Shown: positions 24,209 to 36,384 of the stretch, piece after piece
Numbering within the stretch: position 1 is the first letter of the stretch
Layout of the letters: the number at the start of each line of letters is the position of its first letter
DNA from: Azolla caroliniana
Lineage: Eukaryota > Plantae > Polypodiophyta
Direction of reading: 5' to 3'
DNA: 64,000 nt
Assembly: GCA_043228905.1 (NCBI GenBank)
Contig: JBHGNT010000007.1
Location: forward strand, 3,472,001-3,536,000
Program-made: the position numbers and the translations under genes
Notes under the pieces: model-generated
What the model was told of the DNA's origin: nothing
What the model saw: only the letters and a program-made list of their open reading frames with translations
Databases searched by the model: none

Positions 24209-25111
24209 TCATATAGGCATATGGAGGAGATGAGAGATGAGAGATGTGTATGCCACTTGGATGTGTGGGTGATGGTTGGGTGAATTGAGGGCCACATAGC
24301 AAGCCAACATGTCCTCCATGTCTTGGAGGTGTGTGAGCTCCATGTCCATCACCATGTCCACCATGGACATATAGAACTCCTCAATTGGCTCATATGTGAA
24401 CTTCACCTTGGTCACACTCCCACCCATCAATTCCCTCATAACCCTAATCTCATCACTCTCCTCCTCCTCCTCCTCCTCCTCCTTGCCTTCTCCCATCAAA
24501 TCCTTAACCCTAATCTTGCCCTTGTTAGTGGCTTCTTTCATCACTTGCCTAACCCTAATCACATTGTTATTGTTGGTCTCATCCTTCTTCAGTACCCTAT
24601 TCCTTATCTTCTTATTCTTTTTCTTGTTCTTGCTCTTGCTTTCGTCCATCATCATATCCCTAACCCTAATATTACCCCTTCCGCTGTCTTCCCCATCAAA
24701 CAAAACCCTAGAAGAAGCTACATTCCCTCCTCCTCTTTCCTCCTTTCCCTTGCCCGAAACCCTAAAACGCCCCCCCCTGTCAGGCTCAGGGTTCTTGAAC
24801 TCAGGCTCGCTGTGGAGAAGTGTCAGCTCGGTGATCCTCGATCGAACGTCATCGTCTGAGAAGCAGCGCCATGATCTGAGGCAGCGCAGGAAAGGATGGA
24901 AGAAGTCATGGCGGGAGTAAGAGGAAGAGGAAGAAGCAGAAGAAGTGGAAGTGGAAGTGGAAGTAGTAGAGGAGGAGAAGGAGGAAGAAGAAGAAGAAAT
25001 CAATGCCGAAGAAGAGCAGGAGAAGGATGAAGATGAAGAAGAAATTAGTACAGAGGAAGAAGAAGAAGAAGAAGAAGAAGAAGCCATGGATGAGCAGAAG
25101 GAAGCTTTCAT
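24209..25111 (-). CDS. OFP: OVATE family protein (OFP), intronless, ~300 aa from the ATG at 25111
   Basis: C-terminal OVATE domain: 'SVTKVKFTYEPIEEFYMSMVDMVMDMELTHLQDMEDMLACYVALNSPNHHPHIQVAYTSLI'. Ser-rich N-terminus. A TATA-like sequence lies at 25151-25160. The ORF-track start at 25120 is a GTG. Confidence 0.85.
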   Translation of the reverse strand: MKASFCSSMASSSSSSSSSSVLISSSSSSFSCSSSALISSSSSSFSSSTTSTSTSTSSASSSSSYSRHDFFHPFLRCLRSWRCFSDDDVRSRITELTLLHSEPEFKNPEPDRGGRFRVSGKGKEERGGGNVASSRVLFDGEDSGRGNIRVRDMMMDESKSKNKKKNKKIRNRVLKKDETNNNNVIRVRQVMKEATNKGKIRVKDLMGEGKEEEEEEEESDEIRVMRELMGGSVTKVKFTYEPIEEFYMSMVDMVMDMELTHLQDMEDMLACYVALNSPNHHPHIQVAYTSLISHLLHMPI

Positions 25112-26019
25112 GGTGAGCACGGGAGAAGCAGAGGGTGTGAGGGGTGGGACATATATATAAATTTCTGAAACAATAAGAGAGGAGTTTAGCCTCTTCTAAG
25201 GTCTAAAACCTTAGGAAATAGATAGATAATACATATAAGAGAGAACAACACATTTGAACCAAATAAAAAGATAAAAAAAGGAGATTTTATTATAAAAAGC
25301 TAGCTAAGGACCCCCTTCACCTTACAAACACCTTTTATTTTTTTATGAGGATAAAATATCACGAGGTTTCTATGAAACTTTGCACCCCTTGGTTTGTTTT
25401 GGCCTTGTTTCTCTTGTTTTTTTCTCGTCCGCGGTTTTTCTGCTTTCGGCTTCACACACACATGAAACTAAATGGTTTCATCTTCACATTCGGCTTTCGC
25501 GGGGGGGGGTTTTTTCCTCTCTTTCTTTTTGGTTTCTGAAGCACATGATCGCAAACCACATAGGATTTGTTTTTCTTGCGTTAGAAACTCTCGGTTTTAT
25601 CTATCTACTCTTAAAGAGCGAGCAAATTCTTGGCTTTACCACCCCCCACCTTGGGAGTGCTCCTTTACACTTCCAACTGGAGAGTACATATTAGTTTTTA
25701 GTTAGTTTGCGTCGATTTACTTGTGGGCCAAGTACGTGTCAATTTGGGAAAAAGCGAATCTTTCATTGTGCCAAGAATGTGAATGCCTAAGCTTGTGTAT
25801 TGTCTGATTCCCTACATTTGGAAGAGGCAATTCGAGAGCCTCCTTTTGAGTAAACTCTTATTTACCCATTGGCAAGGAGAACATGAGCATTATAAGTCGT
25901 GATTTATTGCAAACAACACTTATAATGGTGTAACATATATTCAAGATGTCATGAATCGCAATAGATAATGATCAATTGATGCCACTTCTCTTGATACTTG
26001 GAAGATACAATGCACATGT

Positions 26020-26220
26020 TCAATGCCAAACTATTTGCCATCAGATGGATAGTGGATAGAAGAATGTTGTTCCTTATGAATGTTCTTTTGATGTCAAACT
26101 ATTCGACATAAGATGGACAATGGATAGAAGAATGTTGTTCCCTACGAATGTTCTTTCGATGTCAAAGTATTTGGCATAAGATGGATAGTGGATAGAAGAA
26201 TGTTGTTCCCTATGAATGTC
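26020..26220. repeat. ~3 x 67-68 bp tandem repeat
   Basis: 'agatgga.a.tggatagaagaatgttgttcc.ta.gaatgt' occurs at 26043, 26111 and 26178. Confidence 0.9.
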
Positions 26221-29042
26221 CTTACTTTTCTTACAACACACTCCCGACTTGGAAATTACAAAAGAGTTTAAACCATTTTGATAGCATGTATGGTATACAC
26301 TTTCTTCTCTCATCATGGACACTTATTGTGGAACATGTGTACATTAAATGTGTGAAGGAGGTAATGCTCAAGAAGTGAAGAAAGAAATCCACATTACTAT
26401 TAAAAGATAGTTTTAAGTTTTTGCCTTACTTTTGGTTTATTTGTTCTCATTTGTACGACTTTCTAACATATAATAAGATTGCCCCAACTATAAACAAAAG
26501 ATTGTCGGAATGCCTTGAAATCATTTCAAAAAACATATTATGGCTATGTAAAAGTACAAAATATTTCTTGGAATGATATGGGATCATCTCTACACCAATT
26601 GATGGGGTTCACTTACAGAAGAAGTTTTGAAAGTCCAAGTCAAAGAAGTATTGATAAGTTCTTAAACCACCACATTGTCTATCGTGTCTTTTGTCTCTCT
26701 TAAGCATAACATTGCATCTTATGTATTTGAAACCTTTTGCGGAGTTTTGCGGCATCATTTGATTTCTCAATAGTAATATAAGTGTTATCCATTACAAATC
26801 ATTTGTGGTAATTTACCTCATCATTTTGTTTCTCAAACATAATATAAATTGATATTGAAAAAGCCAAAGGAACATATAAGCAACCTCATATTATGGTTAC
26901 AAGCAAAGTGATAAATTGTAATGTTTATAGCCTTCTAGTCTTTTGTAATGGTTGTAGGCTTAGTGGTAAACCTCAGTGTTTGAAACTTGACAATCTTTTA
27001 TAGTCGTTGTAGGCGAATTATTAAATCATACCATAGTCTTGAAATAAATTTATAATGGTCTTAGGCTAAGTGCTAAACCATAGAGTTTGTGATCAAAAGC
27101 TCCAACCTAATAATTACAAATATTGGTTGGGATATAATCATATATTCTACATGTAAGTACATTTTATGTTGCGATACATTTTACATGTTCATAGTATAGA
27201 CATCCAGTTTAAGGTTTTATGTTATTCAAAAGGATGAAAACCAGTAATTCTTCCTCAAATGGGGCTTTATATGAAATTCAATTTTCATAACTCGAAAATT
27301 AATGCCTTTCAATTTCTTCATGTAGGCTTTCACCCCATGTCTATTATCAAACATGAAAGCATTGCGCATATTCCAATTGTGTTGTAGTCCCCAAATACTA
27401 TAAAAATTGGAACAATATCTTTAGCTTGTCATTTGGACCATTTTGAACATACTAAGAAAAACCCATTGTTGAGGCATCAAATAACAATGGGTTTAAACTT
27501 GTCAAATGTCCGATAAGTACTTCCAAATAATACATGTTTTAGGACATTTAATGATCCTATGTGTATTGTCCTCAACATAATGGTGCAAAAATAGCACATA
27601 CTTGACCCTAGTCCTCTCTCTCTCCCTCTCTCTCTCATACAAGAACACATTTGAGTCTTTAGTGGGCTTTTCCCTTTTGATACTAACATCCCATGCTCTT
27701 AAATTTGTTGTTTCCTTCTGATTGTTAATGACTTGTCCCTCCAATAGTGACCTTCAATACCCTTGCATGATTTCCTTTCCTCTTGTTTCATTCCTTTTTC
27801 ACAAGCTCCCAATCACCCAATCTCCCTCATGTTTTCAAAAGTTCCTCCCATAGTTCATTTTCATGGTTATAGGAAAGTGTTTTTTTTTTCTATCTTGTTA
27901 CTATTTCCCCCTCCCCCCCCAAAAAAGAAGAAGAAGAAGAAGAAGTGACTTTCCCATTAGTTAGGAAAGATTATTACATACATACTATACAATGTGACTT
28001 ATACATAAATAGGGGAATCACCCTCCGACCAAGTTCAAGAATATTAGACTACGTACATATCATTTCAAACTGACTACTTAATGTAAGTTGGTACCTATAA
28101 CTATAAACTAGTGCCCTTCATCACCGGCCAGTACAAGCCGGATCTTGTGGCCTACAATGAAGGGAGGGAGGTGAGTAGGAAACAACCATCATGGGGGTTA
28201 GTAGTTCCACCTCGGGCTTCTGTCTTGTTAGTATGTTACTATTATTTGTAGTATTATCTAAAAGTAGAATGCTTGTACATAATCATACAAAAATTTTGTT
28301 ATGTCGGTGGAAAGCAAACAACTTGCACGGAAAATGTAATGAAATTTTTTGTGGGGGTAAATCCATTGTACTAAATTTTAATCGATCAAAGGTTTTGGTA
28401 AAAATCAATCATGTGACCTAATTAACACTTTATTGAACCAACTGTCCAAGTGCCTTTATAGTTACGACATTTGCTCTTCAACGGTAAATTTCTTTTAACA
28501 TTGATTTATGTACTACGATTGTCACAATCATGCTTGGTCTATGAAGCTCAACAAAATTTTGCAGATTCATTGATATGGTCCACGAAGTTCAAAAGAATTT
28601 GGTAAGTTCATCGATATGGCTCATCACTGCAAAAGGACGTTCCAAATTGTTGGTCAATATGTTCATGCTATAAAGAATCAAGTGTATATATGCATCAAAA
28701 GAAATTAAGATGTGTGTGTCTGTGCGCGCACCCCAATCATTAAGGAACTTTTGTAGTGTAGAATTGTACAATACGTCAACTAGTCAATGCATAAGTTTGT
28801 TTTATCGTTCATTTTGTCAATGTCTTCACATTGATTATAGCAAGTTTTGTTACAAAGTGTTGTGTATGTCTATGAATGAAAGCAATAACTAAACACTACG
28901 AAAATAATATCAATGAAACATGAAATGACAAATCTCATGGCACGAGGATGATGAAATATAGATGCGTTTCGAATCTAGAAAAACCCCTATATGCCTAGGG
29001 TAGCACAAGCATGAAATGCAACTAAAATATTGCTATCAATAT

Positions 29043-29238
29043 TGTGAAATGCACATAAGAGATCAAAACCAGTCTACTTAGCTTCTTACTTCTTACTCAA
29101 TTTATAGTTTATACAAAAGTACCCATTTGGGTTGGCTTAGCTTAAAATGGTATGCTAAAAGGGTGGGTCGGCTTAGGTACATGCAACCTAAAAAGGGTGT
29201 GCTAAAAGAGTGGCATAAAGGCATACATGCACACCACA
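29043..29238 (-). mobile_element. Solo LTR (196 bp) of the same family as the 13822-14968 element
   Basis: TG...CA ends, high similarity to both LTRs at 13822 and 14786, and ATAT on both sides (29039-29042, 29239-29242). Confidence 0.9.
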
Positions 29239-30875
29239 ATATAATATATATATATTGAGAGAGAGATGAAAACAAAATGTGACATTAACTTCTACAAAAG
29301 TTTCAGCATATATAACCTCAAACTTTCTTCTTCGCCTCTTGTTTTAGAGGGAAGAGTTGGTCTATGGCGTTCAACTTCGCCCCTTTTTTTATGAGTTTGT
29401 CAAAAACTCTTCTTTATGTCAAGGAAGTCACTCAAAAATTGTCTTTAGAAGTGTGTTAAACCAAACTCCAGCTTGGTCTTCTAAAGTTAGACCAAGTATG
29501 ATTTTTAAAATCCACTCGTCCCAGTAGAGAGCGGTGTCATGTTGCCAATGGCACACATTGTAAAATCGTCTCCAACAGGAGGAAATTATTTATTGTAAAA
29601 TATGCATGAGGTAGAGTTCCAAATCTGGCTCTTTTTCTTTTTAAAGAAATGTAAATACCACTAGATGAACCATTATATACTAAATAAAGAAATTCTTATA
29701 AATCTACACATTTAATTATTGTATATAAGATTAAGCATGAATTCTAAGTGGGGACATACTCTTTGCCCTTAGTGCATCTGACATCTTAGTAAAAGGTAAT
29801 CTTTTAGATAGGTGCAAGGGAGAATACAAGTGCAATGGGGCTGACAAATTTTAGAGAAGAGGGAAAATATGCTAAGATGTATGTCATTGTAAACTAATGC
29901 TTCAAATAAATAAAAACACATTGTTTTCATTCATGCAAGTGTTTTCTAGCATATTGGGTAAAAGTAATCTTACTTGCTGAAATTTGTCAATCTTTGATGT
30001 ACTTTGTTTGCTAACTAATGCTAAGTAGTGTTTTTTTGGGGAAAAAATAAAAGAAAAGAAGTAATCTTATTTGCATTAAGGTCGTGGATTAATCATTTAA
30101 TATGCATAAAGAGTTATGTTTGTTTAATCATGTGTTATGCTCCATTGATGGAGCATATATAAACTATCTTAAAGTTCGTGGTTTTAATACATAACTCACA
30201 AATGGCTTTACAGATCATCTTCTCACTCCTTGAATCTCCACTTGTGAATAGAGGCCCAATGCCTATCTACATTCATGCAGCGTGCACTTCGCTACGGATG
30301 GCGCATTGGCTCGTGTAATTTGCTTGAACCTCTCTATAAGGTCATAACCACTAACAATTCCAGTAAAGTAGGGTATGAGCTTGCCTATTTGGGTAGGATT
30401 GATTGTTACTACCATTTATACTACTAGGAGATTATGCAGGTCTTTCCTCTCTCTCTGCCAAAGTTTGCACCATTTGAATGGATTGGAGTGTGGCAACTAG
30501 TTTTGGGTTGGGGAGTCAATATTTCTTGTGTTTGTGTTACATGGTTAGGATTAGGTCGCCTAACATGAGTTTGTGAATGTCACAACATAGTGACATCAAA
30601 TACATAATTGGGGAGGATTAAACTTGCAACCTCACATCAACAAGATCTCATGCTTGACCATTTTGATATGAACATGTATTTGCATATAATAGTTTTATAT
30701 CGTATAGTCTAGCACATGATAAATTTTAGAATTAGAATATTCTAGTTGTTAATATATTCTAGAAATATTGTACGGTATATTCTAGAGATATTTCTCGAGT
30801 ATATTCTAGAGATATTCAATCTCGAAACTTGTATAAATACTTGTAACCTCTTTAATCCCTTTCAGGGGATTCTAA

Positions 30876-31017
30876 AACAGAACCCATACTACCTCCCATG
30901 AATTAAAAGTCCATGACACCAAGCGCTATACTATACCCCATTGAAATATTCTATACTTGTTTGAATAACATCAATTAAACCTATTCTTCTCTAGGAAGCA
31001 GTAATACGATTCTGAGT
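30876..31017 (-). pseudogene. accD: Nuclear plastid-derived fragment of accD
   Basis: Minus strand reads '[25 protein letters not shown]' then, after a frameshift, 'IALGVMDF*FMGGSMGSV'. This matches the AccD motif 'TGLxEAVQTG...VAIGVMDFxFMGGSMGSVVGE'. Confidence 0.8.
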
Positions 31018-31119
31018 GGTATTCGCGAACCCGTGTCTGGTTCCTTGCTATACGGAAACAACATCATCTCTGGTGCTATCATTCCTACTTCTGCAACTAT
31101 CAGGTTACACTTCTACCCT
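31018..31119 (+). pseudogene. psbA: Nuclear plastid-derived fragment of psbA (D1)
   Basis: Translates '[34 protein letters not shown]', compared with D1 '[34 protein letters not shown]'. Confidence 0.95.
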
Positions 31120-34100
31120 TAATGCTTTTTCGGCACTGTGGTCTTATACTTAAAGTTCCAAGCCTGGAAACGGGAAAATTCATAATCTAACTGATGGGAT
31201 TCTATCCCGGCGCAACGCCAATCATTGACACATCAATCTAGTATTATTGTTTCATTCCATCTTGTCTCGTTCTTCATCTCTGTCTTCATGCTCTTGTGTT
31301 GTTCCCAGCTTCTTAAGTTCCACACTCGTAGCCCCATCATCCATGCTCTGTCTGAGTCTGTTGTGGGTGTATCCGTGACAATGAATTGCAGACCCTACTT
31401 GAGGTTACTCTTATCTTTTTGAAGTGCAAGAGAAATTGAAAATGGACCTAATTATGGTAATGTTTGGTGTTCACGAGCCTTGGCTATTCCAGTGTTCAAC
31501 ATTTCTATTTAGGATAACAAACTATTGTGAGATCCTAGAGAGTCTCCTAAGATTGGACTCAATCTCATCTAAAATTTCCTTAGGATGGTAGCCCTTAGCA
31601 AGCATCTTTAACGAAAGAGCAATTTCTTTGTTTAAAAGCTTTAACCTCTACAATTGCATGTTCTTTGTTTTGTAGTAGGTTTTCTAAGGTAAACTTTGAC
31701 CATCCCTTTTCAAAGGAAGGAAAAGTTGAAGTCTTGATTTCTTCTCATTTGGTTTCCAAGGTTCATTGAGGTCTACCGATTTTTACCAACCCTATAGGCC
31801 ATCACCTACTTTCTTATGGGTTACTATGATGGCCAAATTAGTGTGGTGGCCATGTCAAATGGAAAATTGAAGGGAGAACCTTTACACGATGATCAATGGG
31901 TCATTATGATGGGAATTTTGTATCTCCACACACTGTTAGGTATTTGTAGGACATCTCAGACACAAAGTTTTGGATTGGGGATACATTCAAGATTTTTGTT
32001 AGAGGTTAACTAATTATTTAAGCAAAACATAAAATTTTATGGATCAAAGGTAGAAAAAAAAGATGCCATACCATCTGACCACCCCTATTGATGACGTGAG
32101 ACAAACTCGAACCTCCTCGATGTCCCATACCATCAAGTGTTGATAAAAGTCATCCTTAGGTTCCACGAGGATCGCACATGCTTAGCTAACAAGAACCACA
32201 AACACAGTGACATATTCTCAACATAGGCCTAGTCTCTCTTGATAAGAAGGTATATAGCCAAAAACCATAGGCCCTAGTGTATTCGCACATTTGACTACTT
32301 TATGTCAAGTGGTCAAGCGATAGCACACTTACTAGTTACCTCACATTGTAAAGTTGCAATTCAATTCATACCATCATTCCTTTTGGGATTAACCCATGTC
32401 TACTTATCATAAGACCAAGTATTAAAACGATAGAAAACCTATCTCATGATTATTTATGGTCATGCGCATAATAATATCTAATAGAAGTACAACAATAGAG
32501 ATCGAGACACTAACATTGCAAATGGGATATAAATATTAAATCCATAAAGCTTTGTATTGTCCTAGTGTGAAAGAGACATACGCCTCATGTCAAGGTGTGC
32601 ACTATCGAGAGTATGTCTATGGATCAACGAAGTTTTACCTCCACACTGATATCATGAGCTGAGGGAGTTGAAGTAGGCAACAATGGTTATCAATCACCCT
32701 CGAGCCTCTAGATTCCCAACCTATAATAGTTTACAACATAGATACAAGAGAATGGGTGATTAGGGTGTAGCTAATTAGCACATATTTATTGATATAAGGG
32801 TTTACAAATGACATACAAGAGGATGAATGATTTTGGTGTACCTAATCACTTACTAACTTAAGTGAATGATTAAGAAAATGAGATGAGAGTGCTCTGGCTT
32901 AAATTATAGGAAGAGAGAAACTCAAGAGGGAAGAAGAGCCGCAAAAGACACCAGAAGTTTATTTTATAGCATTTTACGAGGTTTGGCCTCTTTCACATTC
33001 GGGTGGCCCTTTAACATAAACCATTGAGGGGAGTTTTATTTACTCCTCTTTTCCCTATTGTTCCATTGAACTCGGTGCCTACCTCTGTGGTACAACATAT
33101 ACTTAACAATGTAGTTATAATTTCACTACATGAAGGGGGAAGTATAAAAGTGAAACTATAGACTATTTACAAGGGTTCTTCCTCTTTGTAACTCCCTAAT
33201 GCAAAAACTTAAGCTTTTCTCTCATTAATCAATTTCTTAATCTCAAGCCCTACACCTAATTCTTATAATATATTTATGCTTGTATTTCATTACATAGACT
33301 AATAAAAGCTATACCATGTTGGTATTTCTAAGTGCTTCATTGTTATATTAAATTTGAAATTGTGTCAAAGTTTCATCATAAGTACGTGTTCAAGTCTCGT
33401 GATTATAGCTTGCTTTAGTTGTTAATCTACATGTTAGCAACTCGAGAGTGATTGAAACCCACAAAAGTCTATACACTATTACTTCCAACCAAAACAACAT
33501 TGAGATGGGTCTCAAGAAGAACTAAGATTTTGGTACAGGCAACAAGAGACATTATGTGATATAATTAGTTGTGTCATGAGATTCTAATATGAAAACTTTC
33601 CAGGGCAAGTTATGAAATTCTCTTCTTGGCATTTTAGGTTTAAAACATCAACATCATGATTCATTCGCACGTGCACATATTTGATTAAAGTTGGCATGTA
33701 AAAACCTCAACATGATAGCATGGAGTGCTTTCTACAATATTGTTGCTAGTCAATTTCTACATCCCTACACAATGGTTCACAAATAGATTTTTGCATCAAT
33801 TTTAGGACCATCACACAATGGGTGAAAATACTAGTCACTATTACAAAATAGGGTTTTATCGATGAGAAAACATGACACCATACACGTTGCTCACTACTTT
33901 GCTTCCATACCATGGTTTTGTGACGAGTTTTTAATCATTTATTATTTTAATAGTTTATGAGTTTTTAATTGAATCTTTTAAATTTAGTTCCATGCATTCC
34001 CATAGTTATAGGGTCACATGATCTAAACCGAAAACAAGATGCACCATCAAAGCCATCAAACAATCTTATAACCACATAGAATGAGAGTGTCGTGGAATTG

Positions 34101-34312
34101 GAACTTTCTCTTTACATTCTCATAGAGTCCATTGCATCCAATCTGTGTTTAGAATAAAGAGATCTCCCTAATTGTCAGTCTCTCATTGGTTAGACCACCA
34201 AACACATAAACCTTTTCTTCCATGGCAACTGCTACATGCCTATGTCACCCCAATTTGAGGGTATTGCCATTGCATTTTATCAAGCATAAGCACAAAAACA
34301 TCTCCTCATGGC

Positions 34313-34338
34313 TTAGGGTTTAGGGTTTAGGGTTTAGG
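34313..34338 (+). repeat. Short interstitial telomeric tract, (TTTAGGG) x ~3.5
   Basis: ttagggtttagggtttagggtttagg. Confidence 0.9.
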
Positions 34339-35874
34339 TAGGATCCTCCCTACCTCCAATCATAACCATCTTATTGCCAACAAGAGATGTTGTATGGCCC
34401 ATTCTTGGAGTGGGTGAATTGTTTTGCATTAATAGACTGCACCACACTATCTTTAAGTGTTTTGACGTCCTTGCCTGAGAGAGCCCCCAGATCCACCAAA
34501 ACTCAGAACTGATTTCATTTGACGTACCACCAAAACACTAAAAATTTGTACCATCAAATCTGTGCATTAAGGAGAAACTTTGGATCCAATATTTACCCAA
34601 ACACTTGGTCTTATGAGGATTTTGTTTGTAACTCATTGAAACAGTCTGTTTGAACAGTCTCAATCTTGTGGAAATAGAGGATTTTGCAACAAAATTTATT
34701 CATAGTAATATGTCCATATATATCCATAGTAATAATAGGTAGCAGTATTTATGTAGTGTTCAAATCAACAAAATGAACAAAGAGAAAACACTAGTTCCTA
34801 ACGCAATGTTGCATCAGCACTTCTAAATAGGCAAATAATGAAAATCTGACTAGTTTGATTGTCAGCATAAGAAAACTAAAATATGCCTCTAACCACATAA
34901 AATTGAAATCCTTTACTAAAACGTTATCCATCAATGATGAAGAGTGAAAATACCTACCTCTCTTTCAGAGACAACTTGAAATCTGGTCAGATTGTCAATC
35001 AATAGTAATACTCCCTGATCCAATTTTCAAATAAGACAATTCCTCCATACCTTGTTTAGATTGTCAGTCCCTTTTCAAGTTCTCTCATGGTTTCTCTCAT
35101 ACCTTGAAAGCTTTCTCTCGTTGAGTTCAAACCTTGTTGATTTACTATTGGATTTTTCTGAAAGGTAACTTTTTTTCATGGTTTAGGTGTTTTTGTTGCT
35201 TGAAAGAGACAATGGGCTCAATTCCTTCTCCCTGTAAAGTAATCTCAACCTACTTAAATACACCATGAAAAAGCAGAAAAAATGTCATTAAGAATGTCTT
35301 CTTGACGAGAATAATAAGCAAAGTGAAAACTTTTGACACCTCTTGGATGGAAGAAGATAAAACATTGCTTGTTTTCTGATGATTGCTCATCAGTTTAGAC
35401 TTGGCCATATGATTACAGTAAAGCTTATGTAATCTTGAGTAACAAGAACAGGGTATCCTACTACAGTAGGAGCCTCAATACACATTGGACATCAAAACAT
35501 TATGTGTTTTCTCATACTGGTGATACCTAAAAAGCCATTGTATACAAGGTTAAGAATCCCTTTGTTAGTCATTTAGAAATTAGAACACAAACATCAAAGG
35601 AACCGAAGAAGTCATAAACTTCATCTTAACATCACATAAACTTAAGAAACCTCATCATTACATAAGCCACAAGCCACAAGACTTAACTAAAAGCGAGATT
35701 TTGGACTTAATGAACAGAATAAGCTCCTGATTGATATTAATATAGAGCATGAGTGGACAGTAAACCAATGTACCGACAGGAAGACCAAGACACATTTCAA
35801 AACCTGTTGCCAGAGGAGCATCCATGCCCTCGTTTCGACATAGCTCTTGCAGTAGCTTCTCATGGAAGCGCAGG

Positions 35875-35918
<44 letters not shown>

Positions 35919-36384
35919 CGTTCCATTAAAGATTACATTTGGGACTTCACACAAATTTAGAAAGGTCTTCAAACATTTATCGACTTACAAAGATGTAAAC
36001 ATAGTAAAGTTTGAAATAGGGAAGGTATGTACTGAATAGTTGTCCTCAAGATTACTAAGATTTGTTGATATTTATGTAAAACCCAAACTCGAAAATTCTT
36101 TTTTCGGCCCCAAAAATGGTGTGCATATTAGAGCACATCTCTGGAAGTCCTAAGTTTTCTCAAAACATATGACACGAGACACATGAACAAAATAGAGGAA
36201 ATTCCCTTTGTGACTTGGAAACACTCTTCACTTGAAATTAAAGAACAAAATTGGATACCACTCACATCCAATTGCATTCACACCATGATATTAATCACTT
36301 GGAATAATATAATTTGAAGCCACAAGCTTCCCACCCTCGGCTCTTAATATGGCTCTTGACTTGGTAGCATATACAAATTTGGGC

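Noticed and set aside
24323-25160. Plus-strand ORFs over the second OFP
   Set aside because: They are antisense shadows of low-complexity coding sequence; the OVATE domain is on the minus strand.
26020-26220. Repeat with regular spacing, superficially CRISPR-like
   Set aside because: The whole unit repeats with no unique spacers, there are no cas genes, and the context is eukaryotic.
31018-31119. psbA as a functional gene or plastid contamination
   Set aside because: Only ~34 codons, embedded in nuclear repeat-like DNA and fused to an accD fragment.
34313-34338. Telomeric tract as evidence of a chromosome fusion or end
   Set aside because: Only ~3.5 units in one orientation; such short interstitial tracts are common.
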